A stretch of 63,826 nucleotides of DNA, filler included, from Choristocarpus tenellus KU-1152 (lineage: Eukaryota > Protista > Phaeophyceae): assembly GCA_964200185.2 (NCBI GenBank). It is 9 parts of 9 records of this genome, joined end to end, with 100 filler letters (N's around TTAATTAATTAA, not from the genome) between each part and the next. Parts side by side here need not be neighbours in the genome. Positions count along the whole stretch, not along the records: positions 45,352 to 52,945 come from CAXNAD020005907.1; positions 53,046 to 59,893 come from CAXNAD020007221.1; positions 59,994 to 63,826 come from CAXNAD020017670.1; 6 more parts are not named here. One strand, given 5' to 3'. Positions 52,500 through 63,826 of this stretch are shown one piece after another. The notes beneath the pieces were generated by a model, which ran no database searches, was not told the DNA's origin, and saw only the letters and a program-made list of their open reading frames with translations. A program made the position numbers and the translations under genes. The first letter of the stretch is position 1, and each line of letters opens with the position of its first letter.

Positions 52500-53045
52500 C
52501 TTGTGCTAACTATATCTGAATATAAGGTCGAGTCATTAGGGTACGATTGTGAGGTAGTGCCCTTGATTCCTGCCTTTGTGTATCATTCGTTCGTGGATGG
52601 GTGGGTGGTTTGATAAATCTTCAGACATGAAGCAGTTAAATGGACAAAGGAATATAAACGTTTGTTGTAGATTGGAGTCCAAAGACATGTTAGCCATAGG
52701 GATTGAAGGAAGGTTGATACATCTCGCCATATAAACATCAAAACTTACCTTATTGAGTTAATGTACCTCTGGATTCACTACATGAGGCCCAGCGGTGGTT
52801 CAAAACCACTTAGAGAACGTAACTCTGAAACTATCATACCTCAGCCTCAAATTGTCTTGGGGTCTAAATCCCATTCAATAAATAAACCAGGATTTGTCGA
52901 AGATTTACCAAGACCCAAAGTATCTGGGGGGGGGGAAGGGTGGGGNNNNNNNNNNNNNNNNNNNNNNNNNNNNNNNNNNNNNNNNNNNNTTAATTAATTA
53001 ANNNNNNNNNNNNNNNNNNNNNNNNNNNNNNNNNNNNNNNNNNNN

Positions 53046-53103
53046 CATTGTATTTTGATCCCCAAATGGAGAGGCGGCTCTATTCTCTAAGATACTTTGG
53101 CTC
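53046..53103 (-). mobile_element. MITE subfamily 1 end, truncated by the contig start
   Basis: ...CCCCAAATGGAGAGGCGGCTCTATTCTCTAAGATACTTTGGCTC. Confidence 0.8.
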
Positions 53104-53546
53104 TCCTCACATATGCAAGTATGGTTGATTCAATCCGTAGCATCACTACAGAAAATATAAAAAATATGGTGTAGATATATATAGTTTTCATAAGAGAAAC
53201 ATCCTTACCTATTATGTATGTCATTATTCCCTCGGACATTTTTTTGATGTGTCAGCGGGGAAACAAAAGAAAAATATTCATATTTCATCATATAATAGTA
53301 GTATGGATTGTGACATTTTGGTGATGTGTGAATAGAAAAATCACGGGAAAAATGTTCACATGTCAGAAGGATTTCTAAAAGGAAGAAAAAGTGACAACAA
53401 ATATGAAAAAAGAAAAAACAGTTCTGATGTCAGAAGAATTTCTCAACGAGACAACAAATGTGAAAAAAGGAAAAACAATTCACATGCCAGAAAAAGTTGT
53501 AAGAGAAAAAGTACAAATGTGAAAAACATCAGTTTGTTATTTCCGT

Positions 53547-55544
53547 ATGATAGAGGAGGGTGGTCTTGTTTTCCATCAAACAAAGACGCAGAATAAAACT
53601 GAACATATGTCATTAGTCGAAGAGGACCATAGACCAAAACGGCTCACAATTCGCCTCCTGCTATTATGCCTTTCTTTAGGCTTGGTGATTGTGGCGCCCT
53701 TCGTGTTCAGGGAGAGATTCAAGAACTCCCTTTTCGGTCGGCAAGTAGGCCTCGAAGAAAGTGTACCGCAAGAGGACCCGGCAGTAGGAACTCTTAACCT
53801 CAGTTACGAGTGCTGGACTGGAGATTTTGATTGCTATCACCAGGAGCCTCTTCCCTTCCCCATATACCCAATCACCCCTGAAATGCTGAGGAGATCTGTT
53901 CCCTCGGAAGGCTCTTCCTTCTTGCTGCAGGAGGCCTTCCGAAAGGCCAGGATAACTGGCGTCTTCAATGTGGTGATATTGGGCGGGTCAATGACTATTG
54001 GGCATGGATGTATCTCACCAGCAGGCCTAAGTGGTAAGAGATGCGCTTGGGGAGGGCGTCTGCAGGATTGGTTTGACGAGAGATTACGTGACATCCATGT
54101 CAAGGTGAGATGAACTTAAATCAAATTGACTCCTCAGGCCTTGAGGCCGCACGAGGTCCTCCCAGTTTGGGTCGAGTTCAGAGTAGTTGTGGCTTGTGCC
54201 TTGTTCACAGATATTGCCCATCTGTTCATATAGAGAACGGGGCATATCTATGAGAGTGACTTTACTAAATACCATATCGCCCAGTGATGTACTTTTTTTG
54301 CCACAGGAATGGGTGAAATATTGTTCAGACGGTTCAGCAAGGTACAGCTTATGTAGAGACAGCAGACTGACAAAATTTAGCTTTCCCCTGAACTGTGGGT
54401 TGCTACAAGACCTTTTGGAGTCCTGATTTTATCACCTTCACATCGAATTGCTTGCTTCAGAGTTGGTAAGGATTTGGCCAAGGGTTTATTACGAAACTGT
54501 AGTTAGTTGCTGTCATCTTGTTCCGCATAGAGTTGAGAATTGTACATCAACAATTACAGGGTGCAACTTGTTGTAGGACTTTTCTTCTAGAAGATTTGAG
54601 TCAAATTTGACCAGCAATAACATCTACGATACTGGTCATAAATATATAGATATAATGCCGTTGTGTTCATAGCTCGACCCAGATTGTTCACCTCTTGACT
54701 GAGAGTATTTCTTCATCTTTGATCAGTTGTGTCCAGAACCTCTCATTTCTTTTTTACCAGTGGTCTATAGATGTGTCGACAGAATATAAATGGATCGAAA
54801 ATATTCCTGGCACCAGCTAACCCTCTGCTTGAGCGTAAAGTCAACTTAATCTGCAATACTGCAATATCAGGGAGTATGATGCAATTGATTGAAATGTGTA
54901 GACCTGTTGTCAACCATGCTCTCTTATGAAAATGCTCGAACTCTTGTAGATACTGACAGTACAACCTTTAATGGAGATGAAGTGGGCTGGAGTTTTTGGG
55001 ATAGAAAACTGCATTTCTCTCTTTGTAATGACCTTAGGAGGGAAAGAGAGCTATTCGGAGCTTGTGTTCCTTTGTTGCCATGGTTGTACATGTGGTTGGG
55101 TTTCTTGCAATGGTGCCATAAGACTTGCCACAGTTTGAAGGTCATAATGACCCTCAGCTCTCCCTTGTACATCGGTGACTGGGTATGTGAAGTATATATA
55201 AGGTTCCTAGTTACTGCGAAATTTTGTAGAGAGAAGATTGAGTGGTCAGTGGCTATTGTTCTTTGTCCCATTCCATCTCTTCGTCACATATATGCTTGTT
55301 TTTGATTGAACTCTGATATTTGTACCAAAACTGGGACTCACCACTCCCACCCACACTTGCCGCTGTTTCTCATCCACCATCAACCATGCCTGCTCATGCA
55401 TTCTGTGTGCAGGTTATGAACATGGCCATCCCAGGGTGTGCCCTGAGCTGCCACCTGCCGCATTTGAGCCAGACTATTCCTCCAAATATGGACGTGGACC
55501 TCATCATCGCCGACTTTGCTGTCAATGACTCCAACCTTGACCAG
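53547..55544 (+). CDS. SGNH/GDSL-type hydrolase with an N-terminal membrane anchor, first two exons
   Basis: Exon 53547-54104: TM segment LLLLCLSLGLVIVAPFVF and block I VVILGGSMTIG. Exon 55413-55544: block II VMNMAIPG and block III DLIIADFAVND. The start codon may be 53607. Confidence 0.75.
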
Positions 55545-56720
55545 GTGAAACCTTTAGCATGACCATGAAGTGTTTCTGGGACAGTAGTTCACAGTACACT
55601 AGTAGATTTGTTGATTTGTTGATTGACTGAAAAAGATACATAATGCATGAGAGCTGGAAGTTGAGGGTGGTAGAATCAGTCTTTGTTTGATCTTCCTGCA
55701 TGGGCTGTGATGACTGTGCAGTGATGCCATGGTTTGATGGATGCTCTTTTCGGTCATGTTCGTATCTGTTCCCCGCTGTTACCTGGCCTTCGTATATGTA
55801 TTACTACTTTCGAATTTTTTCTATTTCAAAATGAAAACTGAACGTTTTATAGAAGAATGTTGTAGTTTGTTAGAAGATCACTACATCTGTAATTCTTGCT
55901 GGACTTCAGTAAATATTTTCTGAAGTGAAAGCTGAGAGCACCATACTTAAGTCCATGTCAGTGGAATATCGTAGTTGTTCGTACATAATCTAGAATAGTG
56001 TTAAGAGTTATGTTTGGTTACTAAGGTTATGGGGGCTGGGCAAAAATTGGAGATAAGTGGAAAGAATACTAATGATACTTTGTTCTAAGTGGGGAAGTCC
56101 ATCCCAGGAGAGAGGCCACATCCAGGTGGTTGATATTGTGAGTGTGGATGGTCAGATTGATTGGGGTGATGCAAGAGTGGAGAAATAAACCCTTTTCTGT
56201 CCGCATACCCATGAGGAAATTCCCAAGTATGTAGGGGTAGAGAGCGTGAAAATGAACAACACAGATACTTGGGTATTTTGCTTGTGTGAGACTCTTACAA
56301 CCTACACCTCCTTGTGGTTTGACCTCCTAGACCTCGTTATTGGTTTTTTTATGTCTGAGTCAATAGTAGATTGAAGTATCATATTGTTTAGTGCTCATGG
56401 GCTCATTTATTTGAAGTATTTCTTTGCAGCTCCACACAGTTGGTATGTTTTCGCCCACCTCTCCTCTGATCTCGTCCTTTCCTCAAATCACCCTCTACAT
56501 CCTCCTCAATCTCTAACCATGGGGAAACCTCATTCTCCCTTTCAGTGGGAGTAATAAGGTTGTGGTTTATCCCCATCAACAACTTGTCGTTTCGTGTTCA
56601 CTCATTCATGGGTTTGTGTGCATTTGCCACAAGTCTACCACAGAGTAAATGCAACCACCCGACCTACTTCCCGTTCCATGTTGGGTTCCCATACCAGCCA
56701 AGCCTAATCCAAAGTATTCT

Positions 56721-56972
56721 ATGCCGAAGTAAAAGAGAGGTGCGTAGGTTTTGTCTGATTTTCGTTTCATGTGTGTTTTCAATCTTTTGCAATTTGCATC
56801 TATTTCTATGGATGGAGTTCTAACTTTAACTTAAGAGCGTTTATTTCTCCCCTTTTTCAAACGTTTTGGTCACAATTCAGAAAATGCTTACTTTGAAAAA
56901 TGCCGTGAGTCTTGCGTCTACTTGCTTAAGGACTTGAAGTGAACTCTGGGTACCTCTACTTTACTTTGACTC
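56721..56972. mobile_element. MITE subfamily 2 copy (degraded)
   Basis: GCCGAAGTAAAAGAGAGG ... GGGTACCTCTACTTTACTTTGACTC. Confidence 0.7.
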
Positions 56973-57550
56973 TCTCATACCTCGCACAAACTTTGCTCCT
57001 GGTCGTAGTGCATTCGGACATAGGTCTTACCATCAGCTCTAAACAACTCAAGGCACTGGATTACATGTAAATATGGAGGAGTCCAGATCAAGGCAACTCC
57101 CTCATACTCTGCCAAACTATCAGTCTTCTCCTAGGTTCTCAGGGGAGTGACTTTTGAAAGATATGTTGGTGGCTGCAACAACCTCATCCCAACTCACATC
57201 ATTCTTTAAACTCATTGAAAAAGCTCCTATAGGAGCAGGCACTATAGAGTTCAACTACTTCCCATACAACAGTGTTGCTTTAACTAGCTGTTGTACTGTG
57301 ACTAGTTGTACTGGCTCTTTGTAGTTGCTTCTTGCATGTTGTGTTCTACTACCAACTGCTTGTTGCTCCAAATCCTTAATTTAATCTTGTGCTGGACCCA
57401 CCTCATGTTTGCTCAGCAGTCAAAGCCTGCCTACTCATTTTTTGTGTGTTGTTGGTTGGGTATAGTGACAGGTAGGATGTTGCAGATATGCTACCTGTGA
57501 TACTTTCTACATTACGTTGGATAGTCGAAAACCAGAATTATATGCAAGGA

Positions 57551-57624
57551 AGTCTGGCATTGATGAGGTTTGAACCTGTAAGACTCATGCAGGGAATTGC
57601 CTTCTTATCCGCTGAGCCACGGGA
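57551..57624 (-). repeat. tRNA-derived SINE-like head (Pol III A and B boxes)
   Basis: The minus strand reads CCCGTGGCTCAGCGG (A box) ... GGTTCAAACC (B box). Homologous copies at 57948-58022 (+), ~39490-39545 (-) and ~39583-39640 (-). Confidence 0.5.
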
Positions 57625-58081
57625 TGATTATGGTGGAATTGCTATGAATCCCCTGCGGATGAAGAATGTATCCCTCAATGTGGGGACCCTGAATCTTCAA
57701 TCCTAGTACTCTGAGTGTATAGGTTCTGAGGGCTTATCTCGTGATAAAAAGAACAAGTGAAACGCAACAGAAAATGACTCTCAAGAACCTGTTCAAAGTG
57801 GCCTAGAAGCCTTGTTTTTTGTTTATGTGTTAGTTTCTTACCTACTTTAATTGAGCAGTCCACATAGATGTAGTAGTAGATGTAGGTACCTCATTTCTAT
57901 TTGATCACAAAACCAATCCTTACATTGCTGTATTGTACTATATTTGGTCCCGTGACTCAGTGGCGTGGTAGATTGTTTCCTCCATGAATTTTGCGTGTTT
58001 TAACCCCATCAATGTCAGACTTGTTTTCATGGAATCTGTTCTTGATTATCCATATTCCACGCGGTGAGCACTTTTGTACAC

Positions 58082-58341
58082 GAGTGAAAGTATCTTAAAG
58101 GGTAGGAGTTTTGCCCTGTTTCTCCATTTGGGGCTTGGCTTTCCATGCTTTTTTTTTTATGACCTTTTCCTACTACAAAATGTTTTGGAGTAGGTAAAAT
58201 GTATACGTTATGAAAAAATGTGTCCGGAACAAGGATACTGACACTTCCTAAAAAACACAACAGTCAAAATTACATCAAAATCGCAACATTGGATTTTGGT
58301 CCCAAATGGACACGGTCGTACCCTCTAAGATACTTTGGCTC
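58082..58341 (-). mobile_element. MITE subfamily 1 copy with 4-bp TSD ACAC
   Basis: acac|GAGTGAAAGTATCTTAAAGGGTA...TACCCTCTAAGATACTTTGGCTC|acac. Confidence 0.92.
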
Positions 58342-59993
58342 ACACCTGCACTGTCATACCTGCCGTTATGTCACAAAAGTGGTGAACCGAGGACAAGATT
58401 GCAAGGATGCATTGCTGAGTAATTCCCAAGACGATCCAACATAAGATTTGACGTAGGTGGAGTGATGAGCTCTGGGATGGTTGGACCCAACACATGAGAG
58501 GCAAAGAACGATCAGATACAGAGTAACAACAGTTTGTTATAGTAGTGTGAGAAGTGGTGCAGAGTGTGTTGCCTCTGACCACAGGCACGAAAGGATAGGG
58601 CTCAGACTCAAGTATCCCTTCAACCCTCCATTTCAAATATAATTGTTGGAAAATGTCAGAGGTGAACTCACGAGACAGTGCGAAACATATATTTGAGGTA
58701 CTTTGGGGGTTTGAGAAAGGTTTCTGCTCAATCGCGAATTTTTACACCTGTATGGACCATGTGTACAAGCTGTTGAGACATGCTTTTAATATCAACGAGC
58801 AGTATATGAGAAAACAGCATGGACTTAAGACCAATGAGTAACCCCTGGTGTCGAGTAAACAATGTTCTCTCTCATGTCGGATCTAAGGTGTATGAAGTAG
58901 TACTATTTTCACAAACACTCAGGTTAACGTTTGTTCGTAACATAATATCAACATGATTGTCCATTGTTCCAATTTCCATACTTACCTATAAAATATGTAA
59001 TACTATATATATATATATATATGGGACTGCCTATTTGTACCATGTGCTGTGCTAGATTTGTTGTAGTTCAATATCTTGCACTCCTGACCGATTAGAGTTG
59101 TTGAGTGTCCTGCTATGTACTTGCACTACTGCAGGGTTTTGAAGTACTAGTTGGAATAGTATGCTTCTTCTACGACATGATGGGCTGAGAAAGCGCATTT
59201 AAACATAGTTCTGGATTATTGACTTGTTGGTGAGAAGTTTATGGCAACGTAATGGTGCCACTGATAGAAAGGTGGTGATCTCAGTATGTGGTGCCTTCTT
59301 GTGACACATGATCTTTTCTCCTAACACCCATTGTGCTCTGGCACCACATGTTGGTATACTTGTTATGGTGTGAACCCCAAATCCCATCTGTTAGCATGTG
59401 AGGTGGAGACTTCACCCAAATATCCCAGATCATGTTTTTGAATATGTGCTTTGCCTTCACAATGTATATCTCCCAGTCCAGCACCACAGGTCTCTCTCTC
59501 CCTTGTGAGAAGTCAACAAAAATATCCTTCAAAACACAACGCTTACTCACTGAACATCTGTAAGGGTAATTATTTATGTTTATCTCAAATGCCATCCCCT
59601 CCTAAATGTAATTGGATATATTTCCATAGTATATGGGGGGTGGTGTCAATGTTGAATGTCAAACGAATTAGTGGAATGCTTGAGTGCCAAATATCTAGTG
59701 AATTGTTTTCCTGGACCTTACTGCTGATTGAATTGCAACACCATTCTGTTGGAGTGAAAGTATGCCAGAGGGGGGTAAGGTTTTAGCCTATTTTTTTCGT
59801 AATATATTTCGAACTCAGACCCCCCTTTTCTATGCACAAAAGGCACATGTGTATGCTCTTTTTGGTTCTTATGGGTCTAGCAGGTGTGGCCCTNNNNNNN
59901 NNNNNNNNNNNNNNNNNNNNNNNNNNNNNNNNNNNNNTTAATTAATTAANNNNNNNNNNNNNNNNNNNNNNNNNNNNNNNNNNNNNNNNNNNN

Positions 59994-60102
59994 TGCTGAC
60001 ATTTCAAATCTGACACGTGCGACCAAATCACACCAAACAAGTGAAAATCGAAAAAAGCGTGAAAAACGGACGCCGACACCCCCCCCCCAGATACTTTGAC
60101 CC
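59994..60102. mobile_element. MITE subfamily 3 end at the contig start
   Basis: ...CCCCCCCCCCAGATACTTTGACCC; interior similar to 6109-6200. Similar TIR ends at 1-34, ~14676-14716, 30819-30841 and 52912-52945. Confidence 0.7.
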
Positions 60103-60482
60103 AAGTACCATACAATTTATGAGTTATGAGTTGAATTCACAACAGTATCATTTTGATAATTGCATCATGCTAGACAGGAAAATAAAAACAGCAACATCAT
60201 AATTGTTTACCACAGCAGCAGTAGTGGTAGATTGTTCACCAGCCCTTGGAACATACTGGGGCAGTGGATGTTGAGGCTCCATAAACAATATGCATATGTG
60301 TTGACTTCCTCTGTATTCAGAACAAGGTTGAAAGACTGGAAGGCGGAAAAACCACAGCAAATCAGAGAAAAGAATCAGCAGGAGGATTGCTTAGGAATAG
60401 GAACCTCAATACAGTACCCGGGCACTCATTTTCTATTTCAGACCTTGGAATCATTGAGCCTCATCCAGCACCAAAAAGGTTG

Positions 60483-60740
60483 GAGTCAAAGTATCTTAGA
60501 GGGTAGAGCCACGTCCGTTTGGGGGTCAAAACCCAATGTAGTGATTTTGACGTAGTCTTGGCTATCGTGTTTGTTAGGAAGTGTCAACATCCATGTTGCA
60601 GACACACCTTTTCATAACGTATACATTTTACCTACTCCGAAATGTTTCGGAGTAGGAAAATGTCATAAAAATACCGTGGGAAGTCAAGTCCCAAATGGAC
60701 AAACTGGGCAAAACTCGTACCCTATAAGATACTTTCACTT
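60483..60740 (+). mobile_element. MITE subfamily 1 copy, downstream of the COQ8 stop codon
   Basis: GAGTCAAAGTATCTTAGAGGGTA ... TACCCTATAAGATACTTTCACTT, with the internal hairpin. Confidence 0.92.
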
Positions 60741-61181
60741 TTTATGTGTACATAATATGGAGCATATATGATGGGATGGGGCAGTGTGACAGCAGTTGGT
60801 TCTTACACTCTGTCTTGCACAGGTCTGGATGCCGTGGTGTGCATAACTAACACTGCGGGTTGCGCCTGTCAGATATGAAGCAACCATTGCCTTGGTCTGG
60901 CTGGTATCATGTGCATGTCCTTGCATTAATGTGCATCAGTCCACCAACTTGTAGGCAACAGTATGTGTTGATGACGGCCAATAAGCTAAATCAAAATGTA
61001 CTGTACTACTTGTCGTGGAGGATACCACACCACACTTGCCTTAGCAATGATAACACGAGGCATCACTTGTCCAACAAGACCAGGGCTTTTTGTGTCAAAA
61101 TCGGGAAGAGAGAGTAACGCTATATACGTGGTAAACAAAGGTTTGAAGCAGAAGCCACTAGCACATTGGAAGTCAGGTACT

Positions 61182-63064
61182 CTAACCAAATTCATACTGT
61201 GTGTGAGCCCTCTCAAGGATATCCCGGCAGGGAATCTTGGCTTCTAGTTTGATGCTCATCAAGAATGCCCCCGCTAGCTTTCGATGAAGGCTGTATGCTT
61301 CCCTTGGGGGTGGAGTTAACCTGCAGTTTGTGACGACAATCAAACAAGGGCATAGAGGATAGGCATGAGGGCAGCAACACATGGTGCAAAAAACAGTATC
61401 ATTGAGAAGTGGCAGCATCCCCTGGTGTCAAGCATGGGACTTTGACTACCATTTCAGAACAATTCAATGTAGAGCTCTAGTCAAGGAGGACTTTCAATTC
61501 AATTCCACCCACCTCCTACACATCTCTCTTCTTGAGCTACTCTTCTGATCAAACCTTGTTTAGATTGGCCAGAAGAAGCATGACCCCCCCCCAAAAAAAA
61601 CAAACACAGTAACATCAACAGCCACCTGACTCATCTTACCTGTGCTTCATGAATGTATCCCCATGTTGACTGAGCCTTGTAGTGATATTGCTCCCATGGA
61701 AATCAAATGGTACACCATCCCTAACCCAGGCGGCAAGTGTGTTGAACCACGGAGTAAGTCCGACAAAGAATTGGTATTGGTATTGATATTGATATTGCTG
61801 ACTTCTATCAAAATTTCTGATTTGAGCAAGTGATCCTCAAAAGTATCACACAAAACGATGCATTATGCTTGGGCCAAGAGTACAAAAAGGACAACACAGA
61901 GTTGAACTGAATACATCACGACTTTATTATTTTTTTGATCATATGCATGTACATACACCAACACAGTGAAATCCCCACTCTACTACTCACTTGTTCGCAA
62001 AGGGCTCACCCACTACCAGTCCAGCCTGCACATGTGCCTCCATCATAGACGGAGACTCATCCCCAGTGAGAAAATGAAGCTCTTTACTCACCTGAGGTTG
62101 TACAGAAAAATGACCCAATTAGTTCCCCAACCTCTCACAAAAGCACCCCAAACAGCTTCTACAACAGTACATGCATTTTCAAAACCCAACACATTTGGAC
62201 TCCTAAAAGAGGGCAACGACACGGAACAAACACACGACCATAACACAAGAGCACTTACTTTTCTCAAAGTAACAACGACCTCCTCACCTTGGTTATGGTA
62301 GCTTCATCTTTATTGGCAGCTGCCCAAACAAGCTGCAGATACTTATCCACAAAATCTTTATCATAGGCACGGCAAGCTCCAAAATCGATTAGGCTCATCT
62401 TCCCTACAACCCCAGGCAAGAGTTGCAACCGAATTGTTGGTCATCATCACGCCTCATCACTCGTTGTGAAGAAGTATCACACCAACGCCTCACACTCTAC
62501 CTGGGGGTGTACATCTAGGGATTGTAACACGTAAGGGCATGAAAAAACCGAAGCTGACGAAAGGGTCCTGAGCGTTCCACAACAACAAACAAAATGGTTG
62601 TCTTTTACACAAGTACTGCCACCTCTCTCCACGATAAGCCCGTCAACGTTGGCATTAATGCCTGTATCAATAGCTGTATCAGTGGCATCATCATCAACAA
62701 AAACAAAAGAGAACCCCGGCAGAAACAACTCGACAATCCCTACTGTAGACTGACAATCTTATTGTGCACCATGTTTGCCTTGCTGCAATACTACCAGCGT
62801 CAAATCAAAACAGTATCTCATTAGCCTAGCCTCCCTTTTTTTTTTTCCATGCCACATCGTGTAGTCACCCTTCAAACACACCACAGGGGGGGTATAGGAG
62901 GCAGGGATTCCCTTTGGCGGAGCCAAGCTAAGCTCACCAGTCTTTGGATTGTAAAGAAAGTTTCCCCAGTTGGGATCTGTTTGCATAAAACGCCACACGA
63001 ACAGCTCGTTGATAGTACACTGAAGCATCACCCTGGCAACATGGTTGCGTACTTCCTAAAAATA

Positions 63065-63105
<41 letters not shown>

Positions 63106-63384
63106 TGGGTGATAGATACTCTAGAGCACTAGAGCAGTGTGCAGCAGAGCTCCAGAGCTCGATCAAAGTACAAAGAAGAAGCAGTTAGTGGATGGATGCC
63201 AAGGATGTGATTCTAAGCACCAGCCTATCAGTTCATTATAAGATGGATCGAATCAGTTCAGATGTTGATGAAAGAGTCACCATCAGCCCTCGCAACCTGA
63301 AAATAGGAAACCTCATCGTCACACCTGCGACATTGGGAGGACCTTATCCACAGGCACCCCAGCTGCTAGGTGTGTTGTTAGCAC
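61182..63384 (-). CDS. COQ8: COQ8/ADCK3 (ABC1/UbiB family atypical kinase), C-terminal six exons
   Basis: Exons 63384-63325, 63055-62938, 62403-62288, 62091-61991, 61720-61640 and 61320-61182 splice in frame. They encode [38 protein letters not shown] and [22 protein letters not shown], then stop. Confidence 0.92.
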
Positions 63385-63766
63385 CTGCCAGAAAGCAGAA
63401 AATAAAAAAAGGGATTTAACGTCATACCATCACATATCAAATCAGAGCTGTCGCTGCTGATAGGACCAGAAACAAAACGGAACCTAACCCTAACCCTCAC
63501 CATGACAGCGCCCCACTCTTGTGAATCTCTCTTCACTAATGAAAATCTATTTGAGATGGGAGGAAGGGATACGATTCGATTTTTTTTTTGGAACCAGATC
63601 GCTTCATACGCCTACCATAATAATACACCAACCCGAGAAGGAGTAAGAAAAAACACCCCACAACCAACACAGCATGCATGTGAAGGTCACTCAGACAAAA
63701 AAAAGAAAAAAGACTTTCTGTAGGTGCCGTTATGTTCACAGAGATGACCACCATGCCGTAGCATTG

Positions 63767-63801
<35 letters not shown>

Positions 63802-63826
63802 ACCCCACCCCACCCCCCCCCTCTCC

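Noticed and set aside
54700-55300. Possible gag zinc-knuckle relic (HCKKPNH) in the SGNH intron
   Set aside because: A single incomplete motif with no LTR or pol support.

Overview
Intron-rich eukaryotic DNA, most likely a stramenopile alga (brown-alga-like). This is an inference from the gene content, ~0.3-2 kb GT/GC-AG introns and TTAGGG motifs. The window is not contiguous: nine separate contigs are joined by artificial 100-nt linkers (44N-TTAATTAATTAA-44N). Partial spliced host genes: a glutamate-receptor-like channel C-terminus, a CFAP46-like ciliary protein, a BiP-like HSP70, a P2C (Na+/K+-type) ATPase N-terminus, an EGF-repeat protein, a membrane-anchored SGNH hydrolase, the COQ8/ABC1 kinase C-terminus and one unknown gene. 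Introns and intergenic DNA carry a prolific family of ~180-275 bp MITEs with shared GAGYSAAAGTA termini and 3-4 bp target-site duplications (Sola2-like), decayed LTR retroelements, tRNA-like SINE heads and minisatellites. The most notable candidates are a decayed Fanzor1-like ORF next to a higher-order minisatellite (low confidence), the MITE superfamily with an internal 20-bp hairpin, telomeric repeats sitting at splice signals, and several GC-AG introns.
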